From an uncultured Gemmatimonadaceae bacterium (GTDB taxonomy: Bacteria > Gemmatimonadota > Gemmatimonadetes > Gemmatimonadales > Gemmatimonadaceae), in assembly GCA_963751275.1 (NCBI GenBank), contig CAVVTZ010000010.1:1-64000 (forward strand): a stretch of DNA of 64,000 bases, written 5' to 3'. How positions within the stretch are numbered: position 1 is the first letter of the stretch; each line of letters opens with the position of its first letter. Below the pieces are notes generated by a model that worked only from the letters and a program-made list of their open reading frames with translations, searched no databases and was not told the DNA's origin. The position numbers were made by a program, and so were the translations under genes. Positions 28,475 through 38,995 of this stretch are shown here, in pieces.

Positions 28475-31400
28475 GCGCGCGCGTGATGCGGTCCCTGGCG
28501 GCGACGGCCGCCCTGCTCCTCGCGGCCGCTCCGCGGCTCGCGGCGCAGTTCGGGAAGAACCAGGTGGAGTATACGCGCTTCGACTGGCACGTCATCGAGA
28601 CGCAGCACTTCACCATCCACTATTATCCGTCGGAAGCCACCGTCGCGATGGACGTCGCGCGCATGTCGGAGCGCGCGTACGAGCGGCTCTCGCGCGTCTT
28701 CCAGTGGGAGTTCCGCGACAAGAAGCCGATCATGCTCTTCGCGTCCCGCGCCGATTTCGGCGAGAACCTCGTGACGGGCGACCTCGGCGAGGGAACGGGC
28801 GGCGTCACCGAGCCGATCCGCCACCGCATGCTCTTCTTCTTCACCGGCAACTATCGCAGCACCGAGCACGTGCTCACGCACGAAATGGTGCACGAGTTCC
28901 AGTTCGACATCTTCGGCCACGGGAAGGCCGGCGGCGGGCTCAACGCGCTCGAGGCGGTGAATCCCCCGCTGTGGTTCATGGAAGGTATGGCCGAGTACCT
29001 GTCGAAGGGCCCCGGCGATCCGCACACCGGCGTCGTCATGCGCGATGCCGTGGCGGAGAACAACATCCCGTCGCTCGCGCAGATGACGAACGATCCGAAC
29101 CAGTTCTTCCCGTACCGGTTCGGTGAGTCGTACTTCGCGTACGTGGGCCAGCACTGGGGCGACGAGGTGATCGGCCAGATCATGCTCGAGACTCCGAATA
29201 TCGGCATCGACCGTTCCTTCGAGCGCGCCACCAACAAGACGCCGGTGCAGATCGCCGCCGAGTGGAAGCAGGCGCTCCAGGATCAGTACCTGCCCGAGAT
29301 CGCGCAGCTCGCGCGCGCGCGCGAAGTCGCGCAGCCGGTGCTCACCACGCACCGCACCGGCGGCGACATCTTCGTGGACCCGGCGCTGTCCCCCGACGGG
29401 AAGTACCTCGTCTTCCTGTCGAACGGCAGCTTCAACAAGGGCGAGGTCTTCATCGACCTCTGGCTCGCCGACGCCACGACCGGCGAGCGCATCAAGCGTC
29501 TCGTGAAGAGCACGCTCGACCCGAACTACGAGGAGATCGGACTGCTCTATTCGCAGGCCGCCTTCTCCCCGGACGGGACGAAGCTCGCCTTCTCCGCGCT
29601 CTCCGGCGGCAAGGAAGTGCTGTACGTGCTCGACGTCGCGAAGCGGAAGCGCATCGCCACCATCTCGCTGCCGCTGGATGGGCTCACCGGCCCGAGCTGG
29701 TCGCCCGACGGCACGAAGATCGTCTTCAGCGGCGCGAAGGGCGGCATCACGGACATCTACACGGTGGACGCCGACGGCACGAATCTCACGCAGCTGATGC
29801 ACGACCGGAACGGCGATGCGCAGCCGCAATGGTCGCCCGACGGCAAGACGATCGCGTTCGCGAGCGAGCGCGGCGCCGGCACGGACCTGGCGAACCTCGT
29901 CTTCCCGAAGATGCGCATCACGCTCTACCACGTGGACACGCACGAGATCGAGGTGCTCCCCGACCAGGAGGGGCTCAACATCTAATCCGAACTGGTCCCC
30001 CGATGGCGAGACGATCGCCTTCATCTCGGACCGGGGCGGCTCGCCGAACGTCTATCTCTTCGATCTCGCGACGCGCAAGCAATTCCGCATCACGCACTTC
30101 GTAGGCGGCGTCACCGGCATCACGGACGTGAGCCCCGCGCTGAGCTGGGCGCACAAAGCCGACCGGCTCGCCTTCGTGTACTACGAGAACAACGGCTATT
30201 CGATCTGGACGATGGACAATCCGCGCAAGCTCGAGCGGGTGCCCGTGGGGGCACAGGTCGCCGCCGCGGCGCCGGCGGCGGCCGCCGCGCCGGTCGCGGC
30301 GCCGCCTCCTCTGCCTTCGGTCGCGGGCGATCCGGTGGCCACGTTCTACAAGGGTCCCTCCGGATTCCGCGCCGCCGAGGCGCTGCCACGCGGGTCCGAC
30401 ACCACCGAGGAGGCGATCAGCGTCGCCGCCATCCTCGACACCGGCGCCGTGAAGCTCCCGGATACGAGCACGTTCTTCAAATATCCGTACAAGCTCAAGC
30501 TCAGCCCGGAGTACGTCGCGACGCCGACGATCGGCTATTCACACGACAACTTCGGCAGCGGCATCTACGGCGGCACCGCGGTCACGCTCACGGACATGGT
30601 CGGCTCCACGCGCGCGACCATCGCCCTCGCCGTGAACGGCCGCCTCGCGGACTTCCAGTTCTACGCCGCCTATGCGTATCTCGCCGGGCGATTCCAGTAC
30701 CAGGTGGGCGTGGAGAACGTCCCGTTCTACTTCGCCAACGGCTACTCGTGCGAATCAGCGACCGTGTGCACGACCTATACGACGCGCTATCTGAACCGTT
30801 CGGCCTTCGGGGTGGGCATTTATCCACTCAATCGTTTCGACCGCTTCGAGGTCGGGCTCGGCCTGAACTCGCTGGACGAGCAAATCGTGGCCATCACCAC
30901 GGACTACGTCAACCTGACGCAGGGTCGCGCGACGATCGATTTCGGCACCCGGTACTATGCGACGCCCGACATCGCCTACGTGTCCGACAACACGCTCTTC
31001 GGCTACTTCGCGCCGATCTCCGGCCGCCGCTACCGCTTCGAGATCCAGCCGGCGGTCGGTGACTTCCGCTGGATCGGCTACCTGGGGGACTATCGGCGTT
31101 ACGACCCGATCATCTTCAACAAGCTGATCGTCGCCACCCACCTGGCGGCGTACGTGAAGACGGGGCGCGACGCCGACAGCACCCGGCAGTACATCGCGTA
31201 CAGCCAGGCGGTGCGCGGCTATGACGGCAGCAACTTCCTGATCGATCCCACGGAGTGCGTCAACGTCGGCAAGACCTCCGACTACTGCAACCCGGCCGTC
31301 GGCAGCAGCGCATACTACGGCAGCGTCGAGATCCGCGCGCCGTTCTACCGCGGCGGCCAGGGCACGGTGATCCCGGTGCCGCCCATCGAGTTGTTCGCCT

Positions 31401-31618
31401 TCGTGGACCTGGGCAGCACCTGGTTCACGGGACAGACGGTGGTGTTCGCCGACCAGACGCACTACGATCCGCTCCTCACGCGCGGCTTCCTCTGGGCCAA
31501 CGGCTTTGGCGCGCGCGTCAATCTCTTCGGCGCGGCCATCATGAGCTGGGCCTGGGTGATCCCGCACGATCTCGGACTGCACCCGTACATCCAGTTCTCG
31601 CTGTACGCTCCATTCTAA
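28471..31618 (+). CDS. Peptidase-MA-like + PD40 propeller + Omp85/BamA-like barrel protein (frameshift near 29983)
   Basis: Signal peptide, FGKNQVEY, HEMVHEF (HExxH) + WFMEGMAEY, repeated P.WSPDG, C-terminal barrel (VRGY, AFVDLG, GFGARVN, terminal F). Confidence 0.82.
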
Positions 31619-31636
31619 CGGCGGCGCGCGCGCGGC

Positions 31637-31665
31637 TTGTTCCGCGCGCGCGCTCCCGGTAGCTT
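31637..31665 (+). promoter_or_regulatory. Putative promoter, possibly leaderless
   Basis: TTGTTC-N17-TAGCTT, 6 nt before an in-frame GTG at 31672. Confidence 0.45.
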
Positions 31666-33192
31666 GTGCACGTGCGCACGTTGCTGATGGCGCTGGGCCT
31701 CGCGCTGGCCGCGTGCGGCCGCACGGAGCGCATTCCCCCCGCGGCCGGCGTCCCAGCCAGCGCCCGGCGCGGCCCGGACCTCTTGGTCCTTCGCGCTCCC
31801 CGCAGCGGCGGACCGGTGCGCGTCTTCGCCTACCCGCGCCTTGACTCGCTCATCTGGACCTCCACCGCCAAGGCGCCGCCGCTCGATCGGATCCTCGGAT
31901 TCGACGACGCCGCGGGCACGGTGCTGTCGGAATCGGACAAGGGCTATCCCGTACGCATCGATCTCCGCCTCGGCACGGTGACCACGGACGAGACGCCGCG
32001 ACTCCGCGCGCTCTCCACCGCCGACGGCGCCACGGCGTTCGGCGTCGCCCCGAACGGCGGCGTCGTGCGCACTACGCCCAGCGGCGTCTGGTCGTTCAAG
32101 CCGCCGGCGCCCGCGCGCGACGTGCTGCCGCAGCCGGACGGCCAGCTGCTCATCCTCGCCGACCGGCCCGGCGGCGTGGTGCTCTGGTCGGTGCGTCCCC
32201 CCGATTCCATCATGGGCGACAGCGCGGTGCTCCCGCCGATCTCGCGTGCCCTGCGCACTCCGGTGGGCGACCGCGTGTACTTCACGGGCGGACGTTGGCT
32301 GCTGGCCGTGCGCGTGCGTGGACTCGATTCCCTGCCCGCGATCGAGCTGCCCCGCCCCGCGAACGCGATGGTGACCACGCCGAGCGGCGACCGCCTGTTC
32401 GCGGCGCTCGACTCGCTCCCCGAGATCCTCATCCTGGACCGGTACACGGGCAAGACGACGGCCACGCTCACGCTGCCGGCGCCGGCGCTGTCGCTGCGCA
32501 TGGATCCCTTCGGCCGCGTGCTCCTCGCGCGCATGGAGGGTGACAGCATCGCGGTGGTCGCGCTCGGCACCGATCGCGTGATCGGCGTGGTGGGCAGTGC
32601 GTGGCGCGTGGACCTGCCGGCCGTCGCGCCGAACGGATGGATCGCGCTCGCCGCGGGGAGCGATGTGCAGTTCGTGGACGGCGATTCGCTGCGCCCGGCC
32701 GCGCGCGTCACCGGCGGCGCGAAGGATCTCTGGGCCTTCCTGCACTGGAACGGTTTCCGGCCGCGCGCCGCGGGACTCGACGAGCCGGTCACCTTTCCCG
32801 AGGACACCGTCGTGCCGCACGACAGCACGAATCCGTTCGCCGAGGTGCCGGGCGATACCATGCGCCGGCCCGCGGACACGACTCTTCACACCGCACCGCC
32901 TCCCGCCGCGGCCCCGCCGGCGCCGCCGCCCGCGCCCGCGCCGGCGCGCGACACCGCGCCACATGGTCCGCAGTTCACCATCCAGTTCGCCGCCCTGCGC
33001 ACCGACTCGTCCGCGCGCGTCGCCATGCGCGCGATCCACGTCACCGGCGCGACGCCGCGGGTGGTACCCAACGCGCACGATGGAGTGATAACGTACCGGG
33101 TCGTGATCGGCCCGTTCCCGACGCGCGAAGAAGCCGAGCGCATCGCCCGCACCGCGGGAATGTCCTACTGGATCTACGAGGGCTCGCCCTGA
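31666..33192 (+). CDS. Lipoprotein with beta-propeller-like region and C-terminal SPOR domain
   Basis: LALAAC lipobox; C-terminal FTIQFAAL...YRVVIGPFPTREEAE SPOR signature. Confidence 0.75.
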   Translation: MHVRTLLMALGLALAACGRTERIPPAAGVPASARRGPDLLVLRAPRSGGPVRVFAYPRLDSLIWTSTAKAPPLDRILGFDDAAGTVLSESDKGYPVRIDLRLGTVTTDETPRLRALSTADGATAFGVAPNGGVVRTTPSGVWSFKPPAPARDVLPQPDGQLLILADRPGGVVLWSVRPPDSIMGDSAVLPPISRALRTPVGDRVYFTGGRWLLAVRVRGLDSLPAIELPRPANAMVTTPSGDRLFAALDSLPEILILDRYTGKTTATLTLPAPALSLRMDPFGRVLLARMEGDSIAVVALGTDRVIGVVGSAWRVDLPAVAPNGWIALAAGSDVQFVDGDSLRPAARVTGGAKDLWAFLHWNGFRPRAAGLDEPVTFPEDTVVPHDSTNPFAEVPGDTMRRPADTTLHTAPPPAAAPPAPPPAPAPARDTAPHGPQFTIQFAALRTDSSARVAMRAIHVTGATPRVVPNAHDGVITYRVVIGPFPTREEAERIARTAGMSYWIYEGSP

Positions 33193-33193
33193 G

Positions 33194-34654
33194 ATGACCA
33201 CGCCGCCATTCGACGAGCCGATGCTCTCCCCCTGGGAGGAGGAAGGGCGCCGCCAGGCCGCGGCGCTCGACGGCTGCGGCTTCGTGCTCGTGGTGGGCGG
33301 CGATCCGCTCGCGGCGGCAGAGCTCGCGCTCGGCATCGGCCGCGTGCAGGCGCGCCGGCGGCGCGTGGTGGTCGCCGATGCGGTGGGCGAGCTCGGACCG
33401 ATCGATGACCTCGGGCCGATGGACGCGCCGTACGGGATCGCCGACGTCTTCGTCCGCGGCCTGCCGCTCGAGCAGGCGGCGCACGCGGTGGACGCCGCGG
33501 GGAATTTCCACGTGCTGCCGAGCGGGCCCGCGCCGCTCGACCACGGCGCCGTGCTGCGCAGCGCGCGCTGGGAGGGACTGTCCACGGAATTCCGCGAGGC
33601 GGATGCGCTGCTGCTCGTCGTCGTGCCCAATGAAGAGCCGGCGGTGGACGCGCTGCTGCCGCTCGTGGATGGCGTGGTGCTGCTGGGGCGCGTGCAGCCG
33701 CTCGTGGGCGCGCGCGTGCTGCTCTACGTGCGCGGCCCGGGCTCCGGCGGCCACGACATGGAGCGCGTCACCGGCACGATCAGCGCGCTGCAGCTGCCGC
33801 AGCATGACACCGAGAAGGTCGCAACGCGCGGGCGCGCCAGCACGATGCGTACGGTGGCGCCGCCCCCGCCGCGCCGCTCGAGCTGGCCCGCGTGGCTTGG
33901 CGTGCTCGCCGTGATCGCGCTGGTGGGCGGCGGCCTCTGGCGTTCGGGCCTCTTCCACCGCGCGACCGTGACGGACTCGGCGACCGCGGTGCTGCCGCCC
34001 GACGACGGGACCGCCGGCGCGATCGATTCGTTCATCGTCCCGGAGAGCACCGGCGCCGCACCGCCCGCGCCGCCGCCGCTGGCGCCCCTCCCGGCGGGCA
34101 CCGCCGCGACGGCGACGACGCCCGCGATGCTCCTCGCGCAGCGCGCCGCCGCCGCGGCCGCCGACTCCAACGCGCGCGCCGCGGGATTCGCCGTCGAGAT
34201 CGCGGTCACGAACAATTCTACGAGCGCGAACGCGCGCCTGGAAGACGAGATGCTGAAGAACCTGCCCGCGCTCACGATCGCGCCGTTGGCCGAGCCGGAT
34301 GGGAACAAGACCTTCCACGTGATCGCCGGCGCGTTCACACAGCGCGCCGGCGCCGATTCCCTGCTCGCGTCGCTCGTCGCGAACGGCGCCATGATCAAGG
34401 GCCAGGGCAAGGTCACGCGCCTCCCGTTCGCGGTGCTGCTGCAGAGCGCCGTCACGCGCGATGAAGCATCTTTCTATAGCGCGGCGTACCGGTCGAAAGG
34501 GTTCGCCGTGTATTCGCTGATGGCGGGCGATGGCCGGATGCGGCTTTATGCCGGCGCCTTCGAGCGCGCGGAGGACGCGGTGCTGCTCGCTGCGGCGCTG
34601 CGCGCCAACGGCGACGCGCCGATCGTAACCTACCGGATGGGGAGATTGCCCTAG
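33194..34654 (+). CDS. Membrane protein with degenerate ParA/MinD/BY-kinase-like N-terminus and periplasmic SPOR-like domains
   Basis: RRVVVAD...GIADVF...NFHVLPSG; TM segment WLGVLAVIALVGGGLW; FHVIAGAF and RLYAGAFE SPOR-like motifs. Confidence 0.6.
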   Translation: MTTPPFDEPMLSPWEEEGRRQAAALDGCGFVLVVGGDPLAAAELALGIGRVQARRRRVVVADAVGELGPIDDLGPMDAPYGIADVFVRGLPLEQAAHAVDAAGNFHVLPSGPAPLDHGAVLRSARWEGLSTEFREADALLLVVVPNEEPAVDALLPLVDGVVLLGRVQPLVGARVLLYVRGPGSGGHDMERVTGTISALQLPQHDTEKVATRGRASTMRTVAPPPPRRSSWPAWLGVLAVIALVGGGLWRSGLFHRATVTDSATAVLPPDDGTAGAIDSFIVPESTGAAPPAPPPLAPLPAGTAATATTPAMLLAQRAAAAAADSNARAAGFAVEIAVTNNSTSANARLEDEMLKNLPALTIAPLAEPDGNKTFHVIAGAFTQRAGADSLLASLVANGAMIKGQGKVTRLPFAVLLQSAVTRDEASFYSAAYRSKGFAVYSLMAGDGRMRLYAGAFERAEDAVLLAAALRANGDAPIVTYRMGRLP

Positions 34655-37600
34655 TGCGGCTGACGAAGCTCGAGATCCACGGATTCAAGTCGTTCGCGGA
34701 CCACACGCACCTCGACTTCGAGGCGGGCGTCACCGCGATCGTCGGTCCCAACGGGTGCGGCAAGTCGAACGTCTCGGATGCGGTGCGCTGGGTGCTCGGC
34801 GAGCAGCGTCCGCGCCTGCTGCGCGGCCTCAAGATGGAAGAGGTGATCTTCCAGGGCTCGTCGGCGCGCCGCCCGGTGAACATCGCGGAGGTCTCCCTTC
34901 ACTTCTCGAACGAGGACGGCGTGCTGCCCGTCGCGTTCAAGGAAGTGGTGATCTCGCGCCGCCTCTCGCGTTCGGGGGAGAGCGAGTATCTGCTCAATCG
35001 CGCGCCCTGCCGCCTGCGCGACATCCACGATCTCGTCTCGGGCACCGGGCTCGGCGCCGACGCGGGCGTCGTGATCGAGGCGCGCATGATCGACGCGCTG
35101 CTCTCCGACCGCCCTGATGACCGCCGCGAGCTGTTCGAGGAGGCCGCGGGCGTCGCGCTCTACCGCGACCGGCGCCGCAGCACCGAGCGCCGCCTCGAGG
35201 AGACGACCGTCGACCTCGCGCGCCTCGACGATCTCATTGGCGAGGTGCAGAGCCAGGTCCGGTCGCTCTCGCGCCAGCGGAAGAAGGCGGAACGGCACGT
35301 GGAGCTCAACGCGCAGCGGTTCAATCTCGAGCTGACGCTCGCGTCGCGCGACATGGCGAGCTGGCGCGATGAGCTGGCGCGCCTCGAGGTGACCGTCGCG
35401 GCGCAGCGCGCCCGCGCCCCCGAGGCGGAGCGCGACGTGACCGCGGCCGAAGCGGCGCGCGAGGCCGCCTACGCCGCGCGCGGCGGCGCCGAGACGCGCC
35501 GCGGGGATCTCGCCCGCTCGGTGAACATGCAGCAGCAGGATGTGATGCGCCTCGAGAGCGAGCTGCGCGTGGCCGAGGAGCGGCAGCGCAACGCGAGTGC
35601 GCGCCGATTGCGCGCGGAAGAGGAACGCCGCCAGGGCGAGCAGCTCAATCTGCAGCTCGGCACCGACCGCGAGCAGGCGCTGAGTGCGCGCTCGGGCGTG
35701 GAAGCCGAGGTGGAAGAGGCGCGCCGCGCGCTCGCGGCGCGGCAGGGCGCGGAGGAGCAGGCGCGCGTGCAGGTGGCCGCGGCCCGCGCCGCATTCGATG
35801 ACCTGGAGCGCGCGGCCGCCGCCGCGCGCGACGATGCACGGCGCGTGTCGCTGGACCGGGAGAGCGCGGACCACGAGCGCGGCGAGCTGTCGGGCCGCGC
35901 GTCGGCCGCGGCCGCCGAGCGCGCGCAGCACGAGGAAGCGCGCGCCGCCGCGATGGCGGAGCTCAAGGGCGCCGAGAAGGATCTGGATGAAGCCACCGCG
36001 CGCGCGCTCGGCGCGGCGGCGGGGCTCGCCGCCGCCCGCGCGCACGCCGACCAGGCGCGCGCCCGCGATGCGTCGGCCCGCGGCGCCCTGCTCTCCTCGG
36101 AGGAACAGCTCGCCGCGCTGCAGGGGAAGTCGAACGCGCTCGAGGCGCTCGAGCGCGATCGCGTGGGACTCGCGCCCGCCACGGCGCGGCTGCTCGAGGA
36201 CCGCGCGAGCTTCGGCGAAGGCGCGATCATCGGCCCGCTCTCCGATTTCATCACCGCGGGCGCGCAGTCCGCGACGCTCATCGAACGGTTCCTGGGCAAC
36301 ACGGTGCACGCGGTGCTGGTGCGCGACCGCGCGGTGGCGGATGCCGTGCGCGAATGGCACGCGCGCGTGAATCCGGGCTCGCTGCTCCTGCTGCCGCTCG
36401 ACGGCCAGATGTTCGCCGACATGGACCGTGGCACGCTCGCCGCGCGCGTGGACGCCGCGGAGATCGCGCGCACGTGGGTGAAGAACCTGCTCGGTCATGT
36501 GCGCGTGACCGATGACGGCGCCGCGTTCGTGGACGCGCGCGGCGCCATGTGGCTCCCCGGCGACGCCGGCGGTCCCGGCCCGCTGCGCCGCCGCGCCGAG
36601 CTCGTCGCGCTGCGCGAGCAGCTCGGCACCGCGGCCGCGGCGCGCGATGCCGCGCAGGCGCAGGCCGAATCCGCGCGCGCCGCGCTCGACGCCGCGGAGC
36701 GCGCCGTGTCCGCGGCCACCGATGCGGCCGACACCGCGCAGCACCATGCGCGCGACGCCGCCGACGCGCGCGCCGCGATCGAGCTGCGCGCGCGCCGTCA
36801 CGAGAAGGAATTGGCCACCACCCAGGCGCTCGCCGCGCGCATCGCCGAGCGCCACGCCGAACTGGGTGCGCGGCTCACGGCGCTCGAGAGCGAGGCCGGC
36901 CGCGCCGCAGCGGCCATCGCCGATCGCGCCGCCGCGCTCGACGCCGCGCGCGATGCGCTCGCCGCCGCCGAGAAGCGCCAGGATGCCGCGCGCGAGGACC
37001 GCACGCGGTGGCAGGTGGAGCAGGCGCAGGCCGAGGGCCGGCTGCAGGTGGCGCTCGATCGCGAGCGCCGCCTCGCCACCGAGGTCGCCACCGCCGACCA
37101 GCGCGTGGCCGCGCTCGCCGCCGAACTCGCCGAGATCCAGCAGGCCGACCGCGAGCTCGCGACGCGCATGACCGAGTGGCAGGTGCAGGCCGAGGCCCGC
37201 CGCGCCGCGCTGGCCGGCGACGAGAAGCAGCTCAAGGACGCCGAGCACGCCGTGCGCGACGCCGACAGCAAGTTGCAGGAGATCGAGCACGCGCTGGACG
37301 CCGCGCGCCACGCGGCCACCGCGCTCGCCGATGAGCTGCATCAGGCCGAGCTGCGCTACACCGAACTGTCGGGGCGGCGCACGGCGATCAAGGAGCGGCT
37401 CGAGGCCGAGTGGCGCCGCCCGCTCGACGACATGTTCGCGCAACTCGCGCCGGTGGAGATGGACGACGAGACGCTGCGCGCCGAGGTGGGCCGCCTGCGC
37501 GACGAGCTCGAGGCGATCGGCCCGGTGAACGCGCTCGCCGTGGAGGAGCACGACGAAGAAGTGAAGCGCCTCGACTATCTCACCACGCAGCGCGCCGATC

Positions 37601-38211
37601 TCGTGAGCGCGAAGAATTCCCTGCACCAGGCGATCCGCGAGATCGACGCCACCGCGCAGGCGCTCTTCCTGGAGACCTTCGCGCAGGTGCGCGAGAACTT
37701 CCGCCAGATCTTCCTGACGCTCTTCGGCGGCGGCGACTGCGACCTGCGCCTCGAGGATCCCGACCGGCCGCTCGAATGCGACATCGAGATCCACGCATCG
37801 CCGCGCGGCAAGCGCACGCAGCGCATCCATCTGCTGTCGAGCGGCGAGCGCGCGCTGGTCGCGCTCTCCCTGCTCTTCGGGATCTTCCTCACGAAGCCGA
37901 GTCCATTCTGTCTCATGGACGAAGTGGACGCGCCGCTCGATGACGCGAACGTCGGGCGCTTCGTGAAGATGCTCAACCAGTTCAAGACGAAGACGCAGTT
38001 CATCGTGATCACGCACAATCCGCGCACCACCACCGCGGCCGCGGACGCGGTGTACGGCGTCACGATGCAGGAGCCGGGCGTGTCCAGCTTCGTGAGCGTG
38101 CGGATGCGCGGCGAGCCGGTGGACGAGTTCATCGAGGGTGAGGCGACCGCGAAGCCCGGCGACCCGCGCCGGCGCCCGCCCGCCGTGCCAGAGAGCGAGG
38201 CCCGGGCGTAG
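34654..38211 (+). CDS. smc: Chromosome segregation protein SMC
   Basis: GFKSF, VGPNGCGKSN, coiled coils and hinge, GPVNALA, LSSGE, MDEVDAPLD, ITHN; 1185 aa. Confidence 0.97.
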   Translation: MRLTKLEIHGFKSFADHTHLDFEAGVTAIVGPNGCGKSNVSDAVRWVLGEQRPRLLRGLKMEEVIFQGSSARRPVNIAEVSLHFSNEDGVLPVAFKEVVISRRLSRSGESEYLLNRAPCRLRDIHDLVSGTGLGADAGVVIEARMIDALLSDRPDDRRELFEEAAGVALYRDRRRSTERRLEETTVDLARLDDLIGEVQSQVRSLSRQRKKAERHVELNAQRFNLELTLASRDMASWRDELARLEVTVAAQRARAPEAERDVTAAEAAREAAYAARGGAETRRGDLARSVNMQQQDVMRLESELRVAEERQRNASARRLRAEEERRQGEQLNLQLGTDREQALSARSGVEAEVEEARRALAARQGAEEQARVQVAAARAAFDDLERAAAAARDDARRVSLDRESADHERGELSGRASAAAAERAQHEEARAAAMAELKGAEKDLDEATARALGAAAGLAAARAHADQARARDASARGALLSSEEQLAALQGKSNALEALERDRVGLAPATARLLEDRASFGEGAIIGPLSDFITAGAQSATLIERFLGNTVHAVLVRDRAVADAVREWHARVNPGSLLLLPLDGQMFADMDRGTLAARVDAAEIARTWVKNLLGHVRVTDDGAAFVDARGAMWLPGDAGGPGPLRRRAELVALREQLGTAAAARDAAQAQAESARAALDAAERAVSAATDAADTAQHHARDAADARAAIELRARRHEKELATTQALAARIAERHAELGARLTALESEAGRAAAAIADRAAALDAARDALAAAEKRQDAAREDRTRWQVEQAQAEGRLQVALDRERRLATEVATADQRVAALAAELAEIQQADRELATRMTEWQVQAEARRAALAGDEKQLKDAEHAVRDADSKLQEIEHALDAARHAATALADELHQAELRYTELSGRRTAIKERLEAEWRRPLDDMFAQLAPVEMDDETLRAEVGRLRDELEAIGPVNALAVEEHDEEVKRLDYLTTQRADLVSAKNSLHQAIREIDATAQALFLETFAQVRENFRQIFLTLFGGGDCDLRLEDPDRPLECDIEIHASPRGKRTQRIHLLSSGERALVALSLLFGIFLTKPSPFCLMDEVDAPLDDANVGRFVKMLNQFKTKTQFIVITHNPRTTTAAADAVYGVTMQEPGVSSFVSVRMRGEPVDEFIEGEATAKPGDPRRRPPAVPESEARA

Positions 38212-38229
38212 CGTCCGGCGCTGCACACA

Positions 38230-38994
38230 TTGCGCCTCACCACGATCGGCACCGGCACGGCGAGCCCTAGCCCGCAGCGCGTGAACGCCGCGCACCTCAT
38301 CGAGGGCGGCGACGTGCGCCTGCTCATCGACTGCGGCAGCGGCGCCGTGCACCGCATGGCCGGCCTGGGCGTCGACTGGCTCGGCATCACGCATCTCGCC
38401 TTCACACACTTCCACCCCGATCACACGCTGGACCTTACCACGCTCTTCTACGCGTGGCGGTACGGCACCCTGCCCGCGCGCTCGGCGCCCCTGGCCGTCC
38501 ATGGGCCCCCGGGCACCGTCGCCCTGTTCGAGCGCTTCGCCGCGCTCTACGGCGAGACCCTCGCCGCCCCGCCGTGGCCCATGGAGATCACCGAGATCCC
38601 CTTCGGGGGCGGCGCGGAGCTGGGCAGCGGGGTACGAATGGACACCCTGAAGGTTCCCCATACCGAGGAGAGCGTGGCATATTCCATAGCACGCGGGAGC
38701 CGCCGGATCGTGTTCACGGGCGACACCGGCGAGAGCGACGCGCTCGGCGATTGGGCGCGTGGCTGCGACGTGCTCCTGGCGGAATGCTCGCTGCCCGACG
38801 CGATGGCGATGCCGATCCATCTCACCCCATCGAGGTGCGGGACGCTGGCGGCGCGCGCGATGCCGGGCATGCTGGCGCTCACGCATTTCTTCACGGTGGT
38901 GGAGCAGGAAGACATTCGCGCGGCGATCGCGCCGCGGTTCGGCGGCCCCGTGACGCTCACGGTGGACGGCTGGTTCACTGAGATCGAGGAATAG
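38230..38994 (+). CDS. RNase Z-like MBL-fold metallo-hydrolase
   Basis: IGTGT, IDCGSG, THFHPDH, TGDT, LTHF. Confidence 0.85.
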   Translation: MRLTTIGTGTASPSPQRVNAAHLIEGGDVRLLIDCGSGAVHRMAGLGVDWLGITHLAFTHFHPDHTLDLTTLFYAWRYGTLPARSAPLAVHGPPGTVALFERFAALYGETLAAPPWPMEITEIPFGGGAELGSGVRMDTLKVPHTEESVAYSIARGSRRIVFTGDTGESDALGDWARGCDVLLAECSLPDAMAMPIHLTPSRCGTLAARAMPGMLALTHFFTVVEQEDIRAAIAPRFGGPVTLTVDGWFTEIEE

Positions 38995-38995
38995 C

